DNA of 36,933 nucleotides, from NCBI GenBank assembly GCA_903944295.1, contig CAJARA010000032.1, positions 1 through 36,933 on the forward strand, given 5' to 3'. The notes beneath the pieces are model-generated. The model was given only the letters and a program-made list of their open reading frames with translations. It searched no databases and was not told the DNA's origin. The DNA is from an uncultured Chloroflexota bacterium (GTDB lineage Bacteria > Chloroflexota > Limnocylindria > Limnocylindrales > Limnocylindraceae). Positions within the stretch are counted from its first letter, which is position 1. Each line of letters begins with the position of its first letter. Both the position numbers and the translations under genes were made by a program. Below, piece after piece: positions 7,176 through 16,800 of this stretch.

Positions 7176-7330
7176 CCCCTCGTCAGCCCTCCGTCAGCCC
7201 CTCGTCAGAGGAGGCGTTCGGCGAGGGGTAAACCAGCGGAACAGGTGGCGGCGAGCCCTCCCCCCGTTGCTAGACTCCGCGCGCGGCGGGATGCCCCCAT
7301 AGAGGGGCCAGCCAGCGAAGGAGGAAGAAC

Positions 7331-8404
7331 ATGTCAACGGTGACCTTTGAAGGCGTGACGAAGAAGTACGGCGAGGTGCTCGCCGTCGACAACCTCTCAC
7401 TCAACATTGTGGACGGCGAGTTCATGGTCCTCGTTGGACCGTCTGGCTGCGGCAAGACCACCTCGCTGCGCATGATCGCCGGACTTGAAGACATCACTGG
7501 CGGAACGCTGAAGATCGGCGACGTGGTGGTGAATGACAAGGCGCCGAAGGATCGCGACATTGCGATGGTCTTCCAGAGCTACGCCCTCTACCCACATATG
7601 ACGGTGAAGGAGAATCTCGCCTTCGGCCTCAAGTTGCGCAAGGTCCCGAAGGATGAGATTGACCGACGCGTCAACGAGGCGGCGGCGATTCTCGACCTCG
7701 CCAAGCTCCTTGCACGCAAGCCGAAGGAGCTCTCAGGCGGCCAGCGCCAGCGTGTCGCCCTCGGACGAGCGATCGTCCGCGAACCGGCCGTCTTCTTGAT
7801 GGATGAGCCGCTCAGCAACCTTGACGCCAAGCTGCGCGTGCAGACACGCGCGCAGATCTTGCGACTCCACGCCCGCCTCAAGACCACCGTGGTCTACGTG
7901 ACCCACGACCAGGTCGAAGCGATGACGATGGGGACGCGCATTGCCGTGATGAACGAGGGGCTCCTGCAGCAGGTCGGCACACCGCATGACCTGTATGACC
8001 TACCCGTCAATCGCTTTGTTGCCGGCTTCATCGGCTCGCCAGCGATGAACCTTCTAGAGGCGAGCGTCTCCGGGAAGAAGGTTGTGGCGGGCGGGATTGA
8101 GATTGAGGTGAGCGACGATCGCGCGAAGGCGCTGACCAATCGGAAGGGGGTCACGATCGGCTTCCGCCCTGAGCACCTACACATTGGGAAGGCGGGGAAG
8201 GACGAAGCGCAGATTGAGCTTGAGGCGGACGTAGTGGAGTATCTCGGCGCACAGGAGCTGCTCCACTTCTCCACGAGCGCAGGCGACGTCATGGCCCTGG
8301 TTGATTCTGAGAACGCCACGAAGCGCGGCACGAAGGTGAAGCTCGCACTCCCTCTGGAGAAGCTGCACCTCTTCGACGCCGAGACTGGCGCCGCGATTCG
8401 CTGA
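7331..8404 (+). CDS. Sugar ABC transporter ATP-binding protein, MalK/UgpC/MsiK type, with no adjacent permease genes
   Basis: Walker A is GPSGCGKTT, signature is LSGGQRQR, Walker B is FLMDEPLSNLD, and H-loop is VTHD. A C-terminal TOBE-like regulatory domain is present. A strong GGAGGA RBS lies upstream. Confidence 0.93.
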   Translation: MSTVTFEGVTKKYGEVLAVDNLSLNIVDGEFMVLVGPSGCGKTTSLRMIAGLEDITGGTLKIGDVVVNDKAPKDRDIAMVFQSYALYPHMTVKENLAFGLKLRKVPKDEIDRRVNEAAAILDLAKLLARKPKELSGGQRQRVALGRAIVREPAVFLMDEPLSNLDAKLRVQTRAQILRLHARLKTTVVYVTHDQVEAMTMGTRIAVMNEGLLQQVGTPHDLYDLPVNRFVAGFIGSPAMNLLEASVSGKKVVAGGIEIEVSDDRAKALTNRKGVTIGFRPEHLHIGKAGKDEAQIELEADVVEYLGAQELLHFSTSAGDVMALVDSENATKRGTKVKLALPLEKLHLFDAETGAAIR

Positions 8405-8443
8405 TCGCCGATGAGCGCTCAGGCCTATCGGCCCGTAGGGAGG

Positions 8444-9376
8444 CTATCGCTTGAACGCGTTCCTCAGGACGAAGCCGATGTTTGCGGGTCGCTCGGCGAG
8501 ACGGCGCATGTACCAGGGGAACCAGTACTCGCCATAAGCCACAAGACAACGGACGCGTTCGCCGCGCTGCGCAAGGCTCAACTGCCGTGGCGTGTTGATG
8601 CCGTAGAGCATGGCGAACTCGTAGCGCCGTTTCTCAATGCCGTGCTGCGCAACGTAGGCCAAGATCTGATCTTGGATCCCCGTGTCATGCGTTGCGATGT
8701 GCAGCAGCGCGCCCGGCGTATCCGCGTCTGGCTGAAGTAGTCGGACGCAGTTCTTGTAGTACTGCTCGTTCACCTTGGACTTCTCGGCGAACGCCACGCT
8801 CGCCGGCTCCAGGTAGGCGCCCTTCACCATGCGGATCGTTGCGCCGAGTGCGGCGAGCTCTTCAAGGTCGCGATCGGTGCTGAGGAGGTACGCCTGAATT
8901 GCAATGCCAACCTTGGTGGAGTGGGCGCGGAGTCGCTTGAAGAGGGTGATCGTCCCCTGCGTGTAGGCGGAGCCCTCCATGTCAATCCAGAAGATCGTCC
9001 CCTGCGCTTCACACGCCTTCAGGATCTTCATGCAGTAGTTGAAGCAGGCCTCTTGGTCCTGGTCGTAGCCGAGCTGTGTCGGCTTAATGGAGATCTCGCC
9101 ACTGATCCCAGCGCTCTTGATCAGATCGAGCACCTTTAAGTAGTGCGCGTAAACCTCTTCAGCTTCAGATAGCCGACTGATGTTCTCGCCGAGCTTGGTG
9201 AAGATGGCGTTGACGCCGCTCGGCTGCAGCTGGACCGCCGCCGTGATCGCATCCTCAACCTGCTCTCCTGGCATGAACTTCCGGACGGAGAGACGCACGA
9301 ATCGGGTGCGCATCGCGCGCTCGCGCAACCAGGCGTTGGTCGAGGCCCAAAGGAGGAGCTTGCGCATCAGGGACAT
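8444..9376 (-). CDS. Proline dehydrogenase (monofunctional PRODH)
   Basis: PRODH barrel motifs are present: ISIKPTQLG, VWIDMEGS-like FWIDMEGSAY, IQAYL, RMVKGAY, ATHD and FAMLYG. Start set at MSLMRKLL (9376); the track start at 9442 is also possible. Confidence 0.85.
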   Translation of the reverse strand: MSLMRKLLLWASTNAWLRERAMRTRFVRLSVRKFMPGEQVEDAITAAVQLQPSGVNAIFTKLGENISRLSEAEEVYAHYLKVLDLIKSAGISGEISIKPTQLGYDQDQEACFNYCMKILKACEAQGTIFWIDMEGSAYTQGTITLFKRLRAHSTKVGIAIQAYLLSTDRDLEELAALGATIRMVKGAYLEPASVAFAEKSKVNEQYYKNCVRLLQPDADTPGALLHIATHDTGIQDQILAYVAQHGIEKRRYEFAMLYGINTPRQLSLAQRGERVRCLVAYGEYWFPWYMRRLAERPANIGFVLRNAFKR

Positions 9377-9585
9377 GGGCGGATTATCGGCGAGTGCCCC
9401 CAATCCTGTGCGGAGTGGCGCGCATGCGGCTGTAACAATCAATGCGCGCGGACCTGCTCGGCACGCCTCTCACCACGAGGGATTTACGCACGACCTGCGA
9501 TATCCGCACCCATATGGCACTTTCCGTGCTAATCTCGCCCCCTAGGAAGTCTGCGGTGCGAATTCCGCAGTAGAAGGTGTGAAAT

Positions 9586-11034
9586 ATGGCAATCGAACCG
9601 CTCCGGATGCTCGCTCCAACGAGCAGCTCCGTCCCCCATCGCAACGAACCACCAACGGGTCCAACCGTTCAGATTGACCCTGCCCGGATTGCGGCGATCA
9701 CCGCCGCTGAGTCGGCACGCCTCGACGGCCGCACCCAGGCTTCAGCCGCCGCCTACGCCCGCGCCGAGAAGACGCTCGTTGGCGGCGTCTCATCCAGCTA
9801 CCAGCGACGCGCGCCGTATCCCATCTACCTTGAGCGTGGTCAGAGCCAGTACATCTGGGATGTGGATGGCCACCAATACCTCGATGTGCACAACGGGATC
9901 GGCAGCATGGTGCAGGGGCACGCGAATCCGATCATCACCGAAGCGGTAGAGCGCCGTATGCGGCTCGGGACGCACTTCGCCGCCCCAACGGAAGACGCCT
10001 ACATCGTGGCTGAACACCTTGCCGCGCGATGGAAGCTGCCACGTTGGCGCTTCGTTAACTCCGGCTCTGAGGCGACCATGGATTCAATTCGCATTGCACG
10101 TGCGCTGACTGGCCGTGACGGTGTGATGAAGATCTTCGGCAGCTACCACGGGCATCACGACTACGTGATGGTGGATATCAGCCTCAACTCATACGACATG
10201 GGTGATCGCAACAACTATCCATCAATTGCATACGGCAAGGGGATCCCAGATGTGGTGACGCAGATGACGGTCGCCGTGCCATTCAACGATGCTCCAGCAC
10301 TTGAGCGACGACTGGAAAGCCTCCAAGCCGAAGGGAAGCTTCCCGCCTGCCTGATCATGGAGGCGGCAATGATGAATTGCGGCGTGATCCTTCCAGAGCC
10401 TGGCTACCTTGCTGAAGTTCGACGCATCACCAAGAAGTACGGGATCGTCTGGATCGTTGACGAAGTGAAGACTGGACTCACCGTTGCCGCTGGTGGCGCA
10501 ACCGAACTCTTCGGCATCCAGCCAGACATGGTCTGTCTCGCCAAGGCGCTCGGCGCGGGGCTCCCAACGGGTGCGATCGGCGCAACAGATGAGGTCTGGG
10601 CACCCGTCCTCTCAGGCGACGTCTACATGGTGGGAACCTTCAACGGGAATCCACTCGTCATGGCGGCGGCACGCGCAAATCTAGAGCGCGTGATGACGCC
10701 TGAGGCGTACAGCCACCTTGGAGGAATCAACGCCCGACTCCTTGATGGGTCCCAGGGAATCATCGATCGCTACAAGCTCGCCGCCTATCCGGTTGGCATT
10801 GAGTCAAAGGGTGTCATCACCTTCGCCACCTCAAAGGTGGTGGACTACGAGAGCTACAAGAACGCGCAGCAGAAGGAGATGATCGATCTCCTCTGGCTCT
10901 GGAACATGAACCGCGGCGTCTTCAGCACACCTGGCCGAGATGAAGAGTGGACACTCTCCGTTGGGATGACCAACGCCGATGTTGACCACTATCTCGGCGT
11001 CTTTGAGGAGTTCGCCTCCGAACTAACGCGCTAA
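9586..11034 (+). CDS. Class-III PLP-dependent aminotransferase (glutamate-1-semialdehyde aminomutase-like family)
   Basis: Motifs present are FVNSGSEATMDSIRIARALTGR, IVDEVKTG and CLAKALGAGLP (the Lys region). It is divergent from the PRODH gene. Confidence 0.85.
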   Translation: MAIEPLRMLAPTSSSVPHRNEPPTGPTVQIDPARIAAITAAESARLDGRTQASAAAYARAEKTLVGGVSSSYQRRAPYPIYLERGQSQYIWDVDGHQYLDVHNGIGSMVQGHANPIITEAVERRMRLGTHFAAPTEDAYIVAEHLAARWKLPRWRFVNSGSEATMDSIRIARALTGRDGVMKIFGSYHGHHDYVMVDISLNSYDMGDRNNYPSIAYGKGIPDVVTQMTVAVPFNDAPALERRLESLQAEGKLPACLIMEAAMMNCGVILPEPGYLAEVRRITKKYGIVWIVDEVKTGLTVAAGGATELFGIQPDMVCLAKALGAGLPTGAIGATDEVWAPVLSGDVYMVGTFNGNPLVMAAARANLERVMTPEAYSHLGGINARLLDGSQGIIDRYKLAAYPVGIESKGVITFATSKVVDYESYKNAQQKEMIDLLWLWNMNRGVFSTPGRDEEWTLSVGMTNADVDHYLGVFEEFASELTR

Positions 11035-11038
11035 CGCG

Positions 11039-13666
11039 CTAGCGCGGGCCTCGCTGCCGAGCGACGCGGACCAGCGTATCGCGCTCCGTAAGGGTGAAGC
11101 GACGCAGACGTGCCGCGTCAACGGCGGGGATGCCGCTCTTCGGATCATCAATGCGCGCAAGGAGCTGATCGGCAACGCTGATCATCGCCGCTGGATCGCC
11201 CCAGAGTGCAAACGATGCGGAGCGGAACCAGTCGCGGGCAAAGGTGACATCGGTTGAGCCGAGCGTCTGCAGCGCCTCTGCGAGGAGTGGCTGATATGAG
11301 GCCAAGAGCTCCCGCTGCCACGGCCAGGCGAAACCAGCCGTAGCGGCAAGGGTGCGCTTCACGCTCCCGTAGCCGTCTGATGTGAAGATCTTCTCCCACG
11401 CCTCGCGCTTCGCTGGGATCGTTGGCGCTGCGGCTGCGGCGCTCAACAAGGCGCGCTCGCCACGGTCGCTCGGGTCGCGCTCCGCTTCGGCGCGGAGACG
11501 CTCTGCACTCTGAGGGAGGCCGAATGATGCGCCGCGAATAAGGAGTGCCCAGCGATGATCCTGATCGATCTCCACACCGTCCAGCGGCGTCTCGCCAATC
11601 GCCACCTGCCAACCCTCCTCCACGTCGCGCGGAGTCACAGCGGCAAGGACCAAGACGCGCGACCAGACGATGCGCATCGCTTCACTGCCACCACGCGCGA
11701 GCCGCTCTCGCGCCGCCTGCACGATGCGGCTCCCCCACTCCTCGCGCTCGCCATCTGGGAGGTAACGAAGAAGCAGCGGTCCGAGGGTTGACTCAACGAT
11801 CTGTTGCACGATGGAATCGTCTGGCTCCGCCGGAAGTCGCGCAACAAGAAGTGCGGCGTACTCGGTGCACGAGAAACGACCGTCGCGCATCAGCTCCCAG
11901 ATCGCCGACCAGAGCACTTGACGCAGCAGCCCGTCGGGGATCTCTTCAAGGCGCGCGGTGGCAAAGCGCAGTGTGGCCTCATCCAGCGCCACCTTCCCTA
12001 CAGCAAGATCATCGTGATTCGGAATCACCGCGAGTGGCATCGGTCGACCGATCGCCGAAGGGATCTGCGCCGCCGCGCCATCCAGCAGCACCTCGTGCGG
12101 CTCAATCGTGAGACCGCTTCGATCGGCGTAGATCAGTGCCACACGGAGGAGGTGCTGGCGCAGCACTGGATCACCAGAGGCGACCTCTTGGGTGACTGTG
12201 AGCGAACCAATCGTGCCGTTTGTGCTGGCGACAACCTCGGCGCCGAGCCGATTCGGTCCACTGGTGCGCAGCCACTGCGCCGACCAGTCGCTGAGGGGAA
12301 CGCCGCTCCCCTCTTCAAGGGCGGCGAGGAAGTCGGCGAGCGTGGCGTTGGCGAAGGCGTGTCGCTGGAAGTAGAGGCGCAGGCCGGCGGCGAAGCCTGG
12401 ACGACCGAGGCGCGCGCCGAGCTGCTTCAGCACAGCACCCCCCTTGCCGTAGGTAATCCCATCGAAGTTGAGGAAGGTCTGATCCGTATCGAGCACCGTC
12501 CCCGCGATCGGATGCGTGGTCGGCGCGTCATCTTCGCGAAGCGCCCACGCCTTCAACTGCACGTTGAAGTCGCGCCAGGCGTTCGGATACTGCGCCCCCT
12601 CGGTCAGACAGAGGTACGAAACATACGTAGCGAACGACTCATTCAGCCAGAGGTCGTCCCACCAGCGCATCGTCACAAGGTCGCCGAACCACATATGGGC
12701 GATCTCGTGGAAGACAACTTCTGCAAGGCCGGTGATATCGCTCGGCGTTGGCGTGCTGCGGAAGATGTAGCGCTCGGTGTAGGTGATGAGCCCCACGTTC
12801 TCCATTGCGCCAACATTGAACTCTGGACAGAAGACGTGATCCATCTTGTCGAACGGATACTCACGCCCGAAGAGTTCGCCGAAATAGATGAAGGCCTGTT
12901 GCGTCATCTCCTGGAATCGATCGTGCTCTAGGTACTTCGCAAGGGAGCGGCGCGACCAGAGGCCAACGGGGATCGGCTCGGCGCGGCCAGGGATGCGGAC
13001 CTCGCGTCGCTCACCAACAAAGGCCCCCGCCGTCACGGCGAAGAGGTAGGTGGAGAGCGGCGGAGTCTCAGCGAAGCTGCGCAGCGAACGTCCATTCGCA
13101 TCAATAGATCCAACTGCGCGCTCCGTACCGTTCGCCATCACCGCCCACTCGGCGGGGGCGAGCACCTCAAGCGTTAGTCGCGCCTTGATATCCGGTTGAT
13201 TGAAGAGCGGCGCCATACGGTGTGCCTCGTACGGCTCAAAGTTGGAGTAGATGTACTCGGCACCATCTTCTGGATCGACGAAGCGGAAGAGACCATCACC
13301 ACCCGTATCAAAGAGGTTCTCGTATTCAACCTCCAGTAGATTCTCGGCGCCTGGCTTGAGCTGCGCCCGATCAAGGGTGAGTCGGAAGCCGTTCCACTGC
13401 GGGTTTGCTACTGCGGCGCCGTTGAGGCGCATGGCGCGGATCGTCTCCCCGCGGAAGCAGAGGAAGATCGGACCATTCGCCGCTGCGGCAAGGCTGAAGC
13501 GAATCGCGATGCGCCCGTTGAATCGATCTGATCCAACGCTGAAACCGAGCTGCAACGCATACGAAACGTTGCTGACTGCGGCGGCGCGCGCGATCGCCTC
13601 CTCGTGCGTCAGAAGGTCGCGTGCGTCAGCTGGCGGCGTGCTGATCGTTAGCGGCAGTGGTGACAT
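11039..13666 (-). CDS. pepN: Aminopeptidase N (M1 family zinc metallopeptidase)
   Basis: GAMEN exopeptidase motif (VGAMENVG) and HEIAHMWFGDLVTMRWWDDLWLNESFA (HEXXH-X18-E). The length of 875 aa fits PepN. Confidence 0.93.
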   Translation of the reverse strand: MSPLPLTISTPPADARDLLTHEEAIARAAAVSNVSYALQLGFSVGSDRFNGRIAIRFSLAAAANGPIFLCFRGETIRAMRLNGAAVANPQWNGFRLTLDRAQLKPGAENLLEVEYENLFDTGGDGLFRFVDPEDGAEYIYSNFEPYEAHRMAPLFNQPDIKARLTLEVLAPAEWAVMANGTERAVGSIDANGRSLRSFAETPPLSTYLFAVTAGAFVGERREVRIPGRAEPIPVGLWSRRSLAKYLEHDRFQEMTQQAFIYFGELFGREYPFDKMDHVFCPEFNVGAMENVGLITYTERYIFRSTPTPSDITGLAEVVFHEIAHMWFGDLVTMRWWDDLWLNESFATYVSYLCLTEGAQYPNAWRDFNVQLKAWALREDDAPTTHPIAGTVLDTDQTFLNFDGITYGKGGAVLKQLGARLGRPGFAAGLRLYFQRHAFANATLADFLAALEEGSGVPLSDWSAQWLRTSGPNRLGAEVVASTNGTIGSLTVTQEVASGDPVLRQHLLRVALIYADRSGLTIEPHEVLLDGAAAQIPSAIGRPMPLAVIPNHDDLAVGKVALDEATLRFATARLEEIPDGLLRQVLWSAIWELMRDGRFSCTEYAALLVARLPAEPDDSIVQQIVESTLGPLLLRYLPDGEREEWGSRIVQAARERLARGGSEAMRIVWSRVLVLAAVTPRDVEEGWQVAIGETPLDGVEIDQDHRWALLIRGASFGLPQSAERLRAEAERDPSDRGERALLSAAAAAPTIPAKREAWEKIFTSDGYGSVKRTLAATAGFAWPWQRELLASYQPLLAEALQTLGSTDVTFARDWFRSASFALWGDPAAMISVADQLLARIDDPKSGIPAVDAARLRRFTLTERDTLVRVARQRGPR

Positions 13667-13680
13667 GACCTGATTATGCC

Positions 13681-14745
13681 CTACCCCTTCAGCGCCGCAT
13701 CTCGCCAGGCGGCAAGGTCCACCTCGCGCAGGCGCGGTGCATCGGTGAGGCCGCCACTCCGGCCGCGCTTTCCGATCGGCGTCCCGTCAATCTCATGAAT
13801 ATCTGCGGTGAAGTCGATCGGTCGAGTCCCAGAGATCGCACTCCCCACTGCGTAGGTGTCAACCGCAGAGTTTGCCGCCTTAAACTGCGCGATGCGCTCC
13901 ACGGTGAGCCCACCAGAGATGACGATCTTCGCCTGCGGTGCGCCAGCGGCATCCAGTGCGGCGCGCACCTCAGCGACAAGCTCCGGTGTGACGCCGCCCA
14001 GCTCACTGGCGCGATCGAGTCGCACACCGCCGAGCCGATCGCCAAGCGCCGCTGCTACGCGCGTCGCTTCCTCCGCCTCATCGCGGAAGGTGTCAATCAA
14101 GACGATGCGCGGGACCTCTGGATCCATGGTGCGATCGAAGGCCAGCGCCGCCTCTACCGTATCGCCATAAATCAGAACGAGCGAGTGCGGCATGGTCCCC
14201 ACCGGCGCGATCCCATGACGCGCGCTCCCCGCCGTGGTTGATGCGCCAAGAGCGCCGCCAATCAGCGCCGCATGATCGAGTCGATCTGCAACGCTTGGGT
14301 GCACGTGTCGCGCGCCGAAGGCGATCACTCGGGTTGGCGCTGCAGCGTCAACGATGGCGCGCGCGGCGGTCGCCCAGCCAGTGCCGTGCGCCATGGCGCC
14401 AAGGTAGGCGGTCTCCAGGTGAGCGAAGCTGAGATACGGCGCGCGGATGCGGAGCACGATCTCTTTCGCCGCGATCGTGTCGCCGTCTCGCAACCCCCAG
14501 ACCGTCGCGCGGCCAGCCGCTGCGTCGTCCTTGAGCGCCACGGCGAGGAGCGCCTTTGCCTCGTCAATCCCGCAGAGGGTGGCCCCCTCCTTGCGGCAGA
14601 AGACCTCCATCGTCACGATCGGATTTCGGCCGTCGTGCTTCAGGACCGCCTGCGTCCGGAGGAAGTAGACGTCGGCGTTGGCGCCGCTCAGCGTTGCTGG
14701 AAGTGGCCCTGGGACGGGTCGCGTGGGGCGATCAAGTTCAGGCAT
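13681..14745 (-). CDS. pncB: Nicotinate phosphoribosyltransferase (short archaeal/Thermus-type NAPRTase family)
   Basis: Family-typical segments are IAFGARHVHP and GTMPHSLVLIYGD plus VLIDTF. The start is ambiguous between 14745 (MPELD) and 14772. Confidence 0.7.
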   Translation of the reverse strand: MPELDRPTRPVPGPLPATLSGANADVYFLRTQAVLKHDGRNPIVTMEVFCRKEGATLCGIDEAKALLAVALKDDAAAGRATVWGLRDGDTIAAKEIVLRIRAPYLSFAHLETAYLGAMAHGTGWATAARAIVDAAAPTRVIAFGARHVHPSVADRLDHAALIGGALGASTTAGSARHGIAPVGTMPHSLVLIYGDTVEAALAFDRTMDPEVPRIVLIDTFRDEAEEATRVAAALGDRLGGVRLDRASELGGVTPELVAEVRAALDAAGAPQAKIVISGGLTVERIAQFKAANSAVDTYAVGSAISGTRPIDFTADIHEIDGTPIGKRGRSGGLTDAPRLREVDLAAWRDAALKG

Positions 14746-14791
14746 GTGGCAAGTGTAGCCGTCACCCTCCACCCGCCTGAGGCGGGGTGCG

Positions 14792-15295
14792 CTACCCCTC
14801 GAGTCGCGCGGCTAGATCGCCAGCGGCTGCGAGCAGTGCGCCGTTGCGGCGCTCGGTGCCAGGGTCGGGCGGGATCTTTCCGCCGATCCAGATCCACTCA
14901 GCGGTCTCGGCAACAATGGCATCGGCGATCAGGACGACACGCGCGAGCCCCTCAGTGAGCTGTGCGCCCGTCGCCTCCTCGGCGTGAAGCTCAACGCTCA
15001 ACGTCGGTCGTCCATCGGTGGCGATTGAGAACTTCGCATAGGTGAATCGGTCGCTCCACTCAAGCAGCTGCCGATACGCCTTGCGCAGTCCGTCACCGAG
15101 TGGTGGCGCAAGGTGCGCCCAGATCAACAGCGCCCCCCCTTTTCGAGCGTCGTAGATCAGGCTGACGCGCAGACCGCGCCGCTTCGCTCCGTCAAGCTCA
15201 AGATCCCAGACGGTTGCGTCATCTCGCTGATGCGGTGCGGCGGTCACGATACCGAGCGAGGCGAGGAGCGTGGGGATTTCCGACGGGGCCAGCAT
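14792..15295 (-). CDS. YbjN-like (putative sensory-transduction/chaperone-like) domain protein
   Basis: Start trimmed to MLAPSEIP (15295) so that it does not overlap the upstream M23 gene. The size of about 168 aa and the pattern WDLELDG...VSLIYD...LLIWAHLAP resemble the YbjN family. Confidence 0.5.
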   Translation of the reverse strand: MLAPSEIPTLLASLGIVTAAPHQRDDATVWDLELDGAKRRGLRVSLIYDARKGGALLIWAHLAPPLGDGLRKAYRQLLEWSDRFTYAKFSIATDGRPTLSVELHAEEATGAQLTEGLARVVLIADAIVAETAEWIWIGGKIPPDPGTERRNGALLAAAGDLAARLEG

Positions 15296-15314
15296 TTCGT
15301 GGTCAGGCAGCGCG

Positions 15315-16763
15315 TCAGTTCGCCGGGCAGGATCCGGCAGGGAGGTACTTCTGGATACAAACGTACTTTCCGCCAGAGAGGAGCGAGAGGTGAAGGTGCG
15401 GGCCTGTGACATTCCCGGTTGATCCGACGAATGCAATGAGCTGCCCAGCAGAAACGAAGTCACCCGCCTTCACGCGCCATCGTGGTTCGCTTGAACGCGA
15501 ACCGTCACCAATGTGTCCGTAGATGCTCACCATTGACTTGCTGTGCGCAATCCAGACCCAGGCGAGTGGGCGCATCCCTCTCCAAACGGCGCAGTATGAA
15601 CAGGTGCCAGCGATCATCACCTTCCCCGTTGCGGCGGCGTAGATTGGCGTTCCTGCTGGCGCGGAAATATCAACACCGTTATGGAAATACGGCGCGCTGT
15701 TAGGGCAACTTGCATTGCGTGGATAAATCTTCCAGCTCACACAGCCATACTTTTGCGAAATATACGGGCGATATCCGTTCCCCGGCTTAACGAATCCCGC
15801 TGCAGTGCGTGCAATCGGCCAGGTCCAGCCGCCTTGATAGAGAACTGGAAGCGACGATCCAAACTGCTGCTTCAAGAGACGGTCAACAATGGATCTCACC
15901 TGCGCTTCTTCGGCCTTCAGCGCAGCAACGGCGACGGCGAGCTTCGCCTTGTCATTGAGGACGCGGTCCATTGCCGCCTTCTGCGCGCTGATCGCCTTCT
16001 TCTGTGCGGCGATCGCCTGGGCGAGTTTCACCTTCGCCGCTTCAAGCAACTTCACCTGCGCATCAAGTGCCGCCTTCTGGGCTGCGGCGGCGCGACGGAA
16101 CTTCTCCGTCTCCGAACGGTTCTGACGCACCTGCTCCTCAATCGCGGCGAGGCGCGCCGCGTCGCGACTAATGCCATCTGCGAGAGAGACGTCAGCCTTC
16201 CCGAGCGCAGAGAAGCCGGCAAGGTCAATCAGAAGGTCGGTGAAGCTCTGGCTTGAGAGGAGCGTCCAGAGCGGAGGCGTCTGATCCGCGATATATGCTT
16301 CACGGATGCGTGCGGCGAGGATCGCCTGCCGAGCGGCAAGGTCGCGCGCCTTCTCCTCCTGTTGTCGTACGAGTCGCGAGATCTCCGCGTCAAGACGCTC
16401 AACCTCCGCCTCAAGCTTCACGAGTGCCGCCTTCGCCTTATCTACGACGACACTCAGGCGTGCAACTTCCGTGGTGATGTTGGCAAGTGAGGCGGTGTTC
16501 TTTGCGAGCGCCGCGGTGGTGGCCTTCAGTTGCGCTGCGAGGTCTTTCTGCTGGCTTATCAGTGCGTTGAGCGCCGCCTGTTGTGCGGCGAGCTGCGCTG
16601 CGAGCTCCTTCTGGCGCGCAAGTGCGTCGTCAAGTTGATCGGCACGAACGGGGGCGACCTGGCTGAGGCCGAGTCCAACAATCAAGAGTGGGGCGACGAG
16701 CAGCGCAGCAAGGCGCGCGCGCCACGTCGACAGTATTCGGTTCGGAGCAGTGCGGGCTACCAT
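15315..16763 (-). CDS. Secreted coiled-coil M23 (LytM-type) murein endopeptidase
   Basis: A signal/TM segment (LAALLVAPLLIVGLGL) is followed by about 270 aa of Ala/Gln/Lys-rich heptad-like coiled coil. The C-terminal M23 motifs are HNGVDISAPAGTPIYAAATGKV and STGNVTGPHLHLSL. Confidence 0.88.
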   Translation of the reverse strand: MVARTAPNRILSTWRARLAALLVAPLLIVGLGLSQVAPVRADQLDDALARQKELAAQLAAQQAALNALISQQKDLAAQLKATTAALAKNTASLANITTEVARLSVVVDKAKAALVKLEAEVERLDAEISRLVRQQEEKARDLAARQAILAARIREAYIADQTPPLWTLLSSQSFTDLLIDLAGFSALGKADVSLADGISRDAARLAAIEEQVRQNRSETEKFRRAAAAQKAALDAQVKLLEAAKVKLAQAIAAQKKAISAQKAAMDRVLNDKAKLAVAVAALKAEEAQVRSIVDRLLKQQFGSSLPVLYQGGWTWPIARTAAGFVKPGNGYRPYISQKYGCVSWKIYPRNASCPNSAPYFHNGVDISAPAGTPIYAAATGKVMIAGTCSYCAVWRGMRPLAWVWIAHSKSMVSIYGHIGDGSRSSEPRWRVKAGDFVSAGQLIAFVGSTGNVTGPHLHLSLLSGGKYVCIQKYLPAGSCPAN

Positions 16764-16800
16764 CGCTGCCTCCTATCCTCTGATAGGCAGCGTATCAGCC

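Noticed and set aside
11804-12931. 375-aa plus-strand ORF antisense to pepN. The same applies to 5105-5896 (antisense to the META gene), 23685-24461 (antisense to nrdJ), 26973-27722 (mostly antisense to the S33 peptidase gene, with its 5' end reaching into the LOG gene) and 25041-25595 (antisense to nrdJ).
   Set aside because: All lie inside genes with unambiguous family motifs on the opposite strand. They have Arg/Gly/Ala-biased composition and no RBS.
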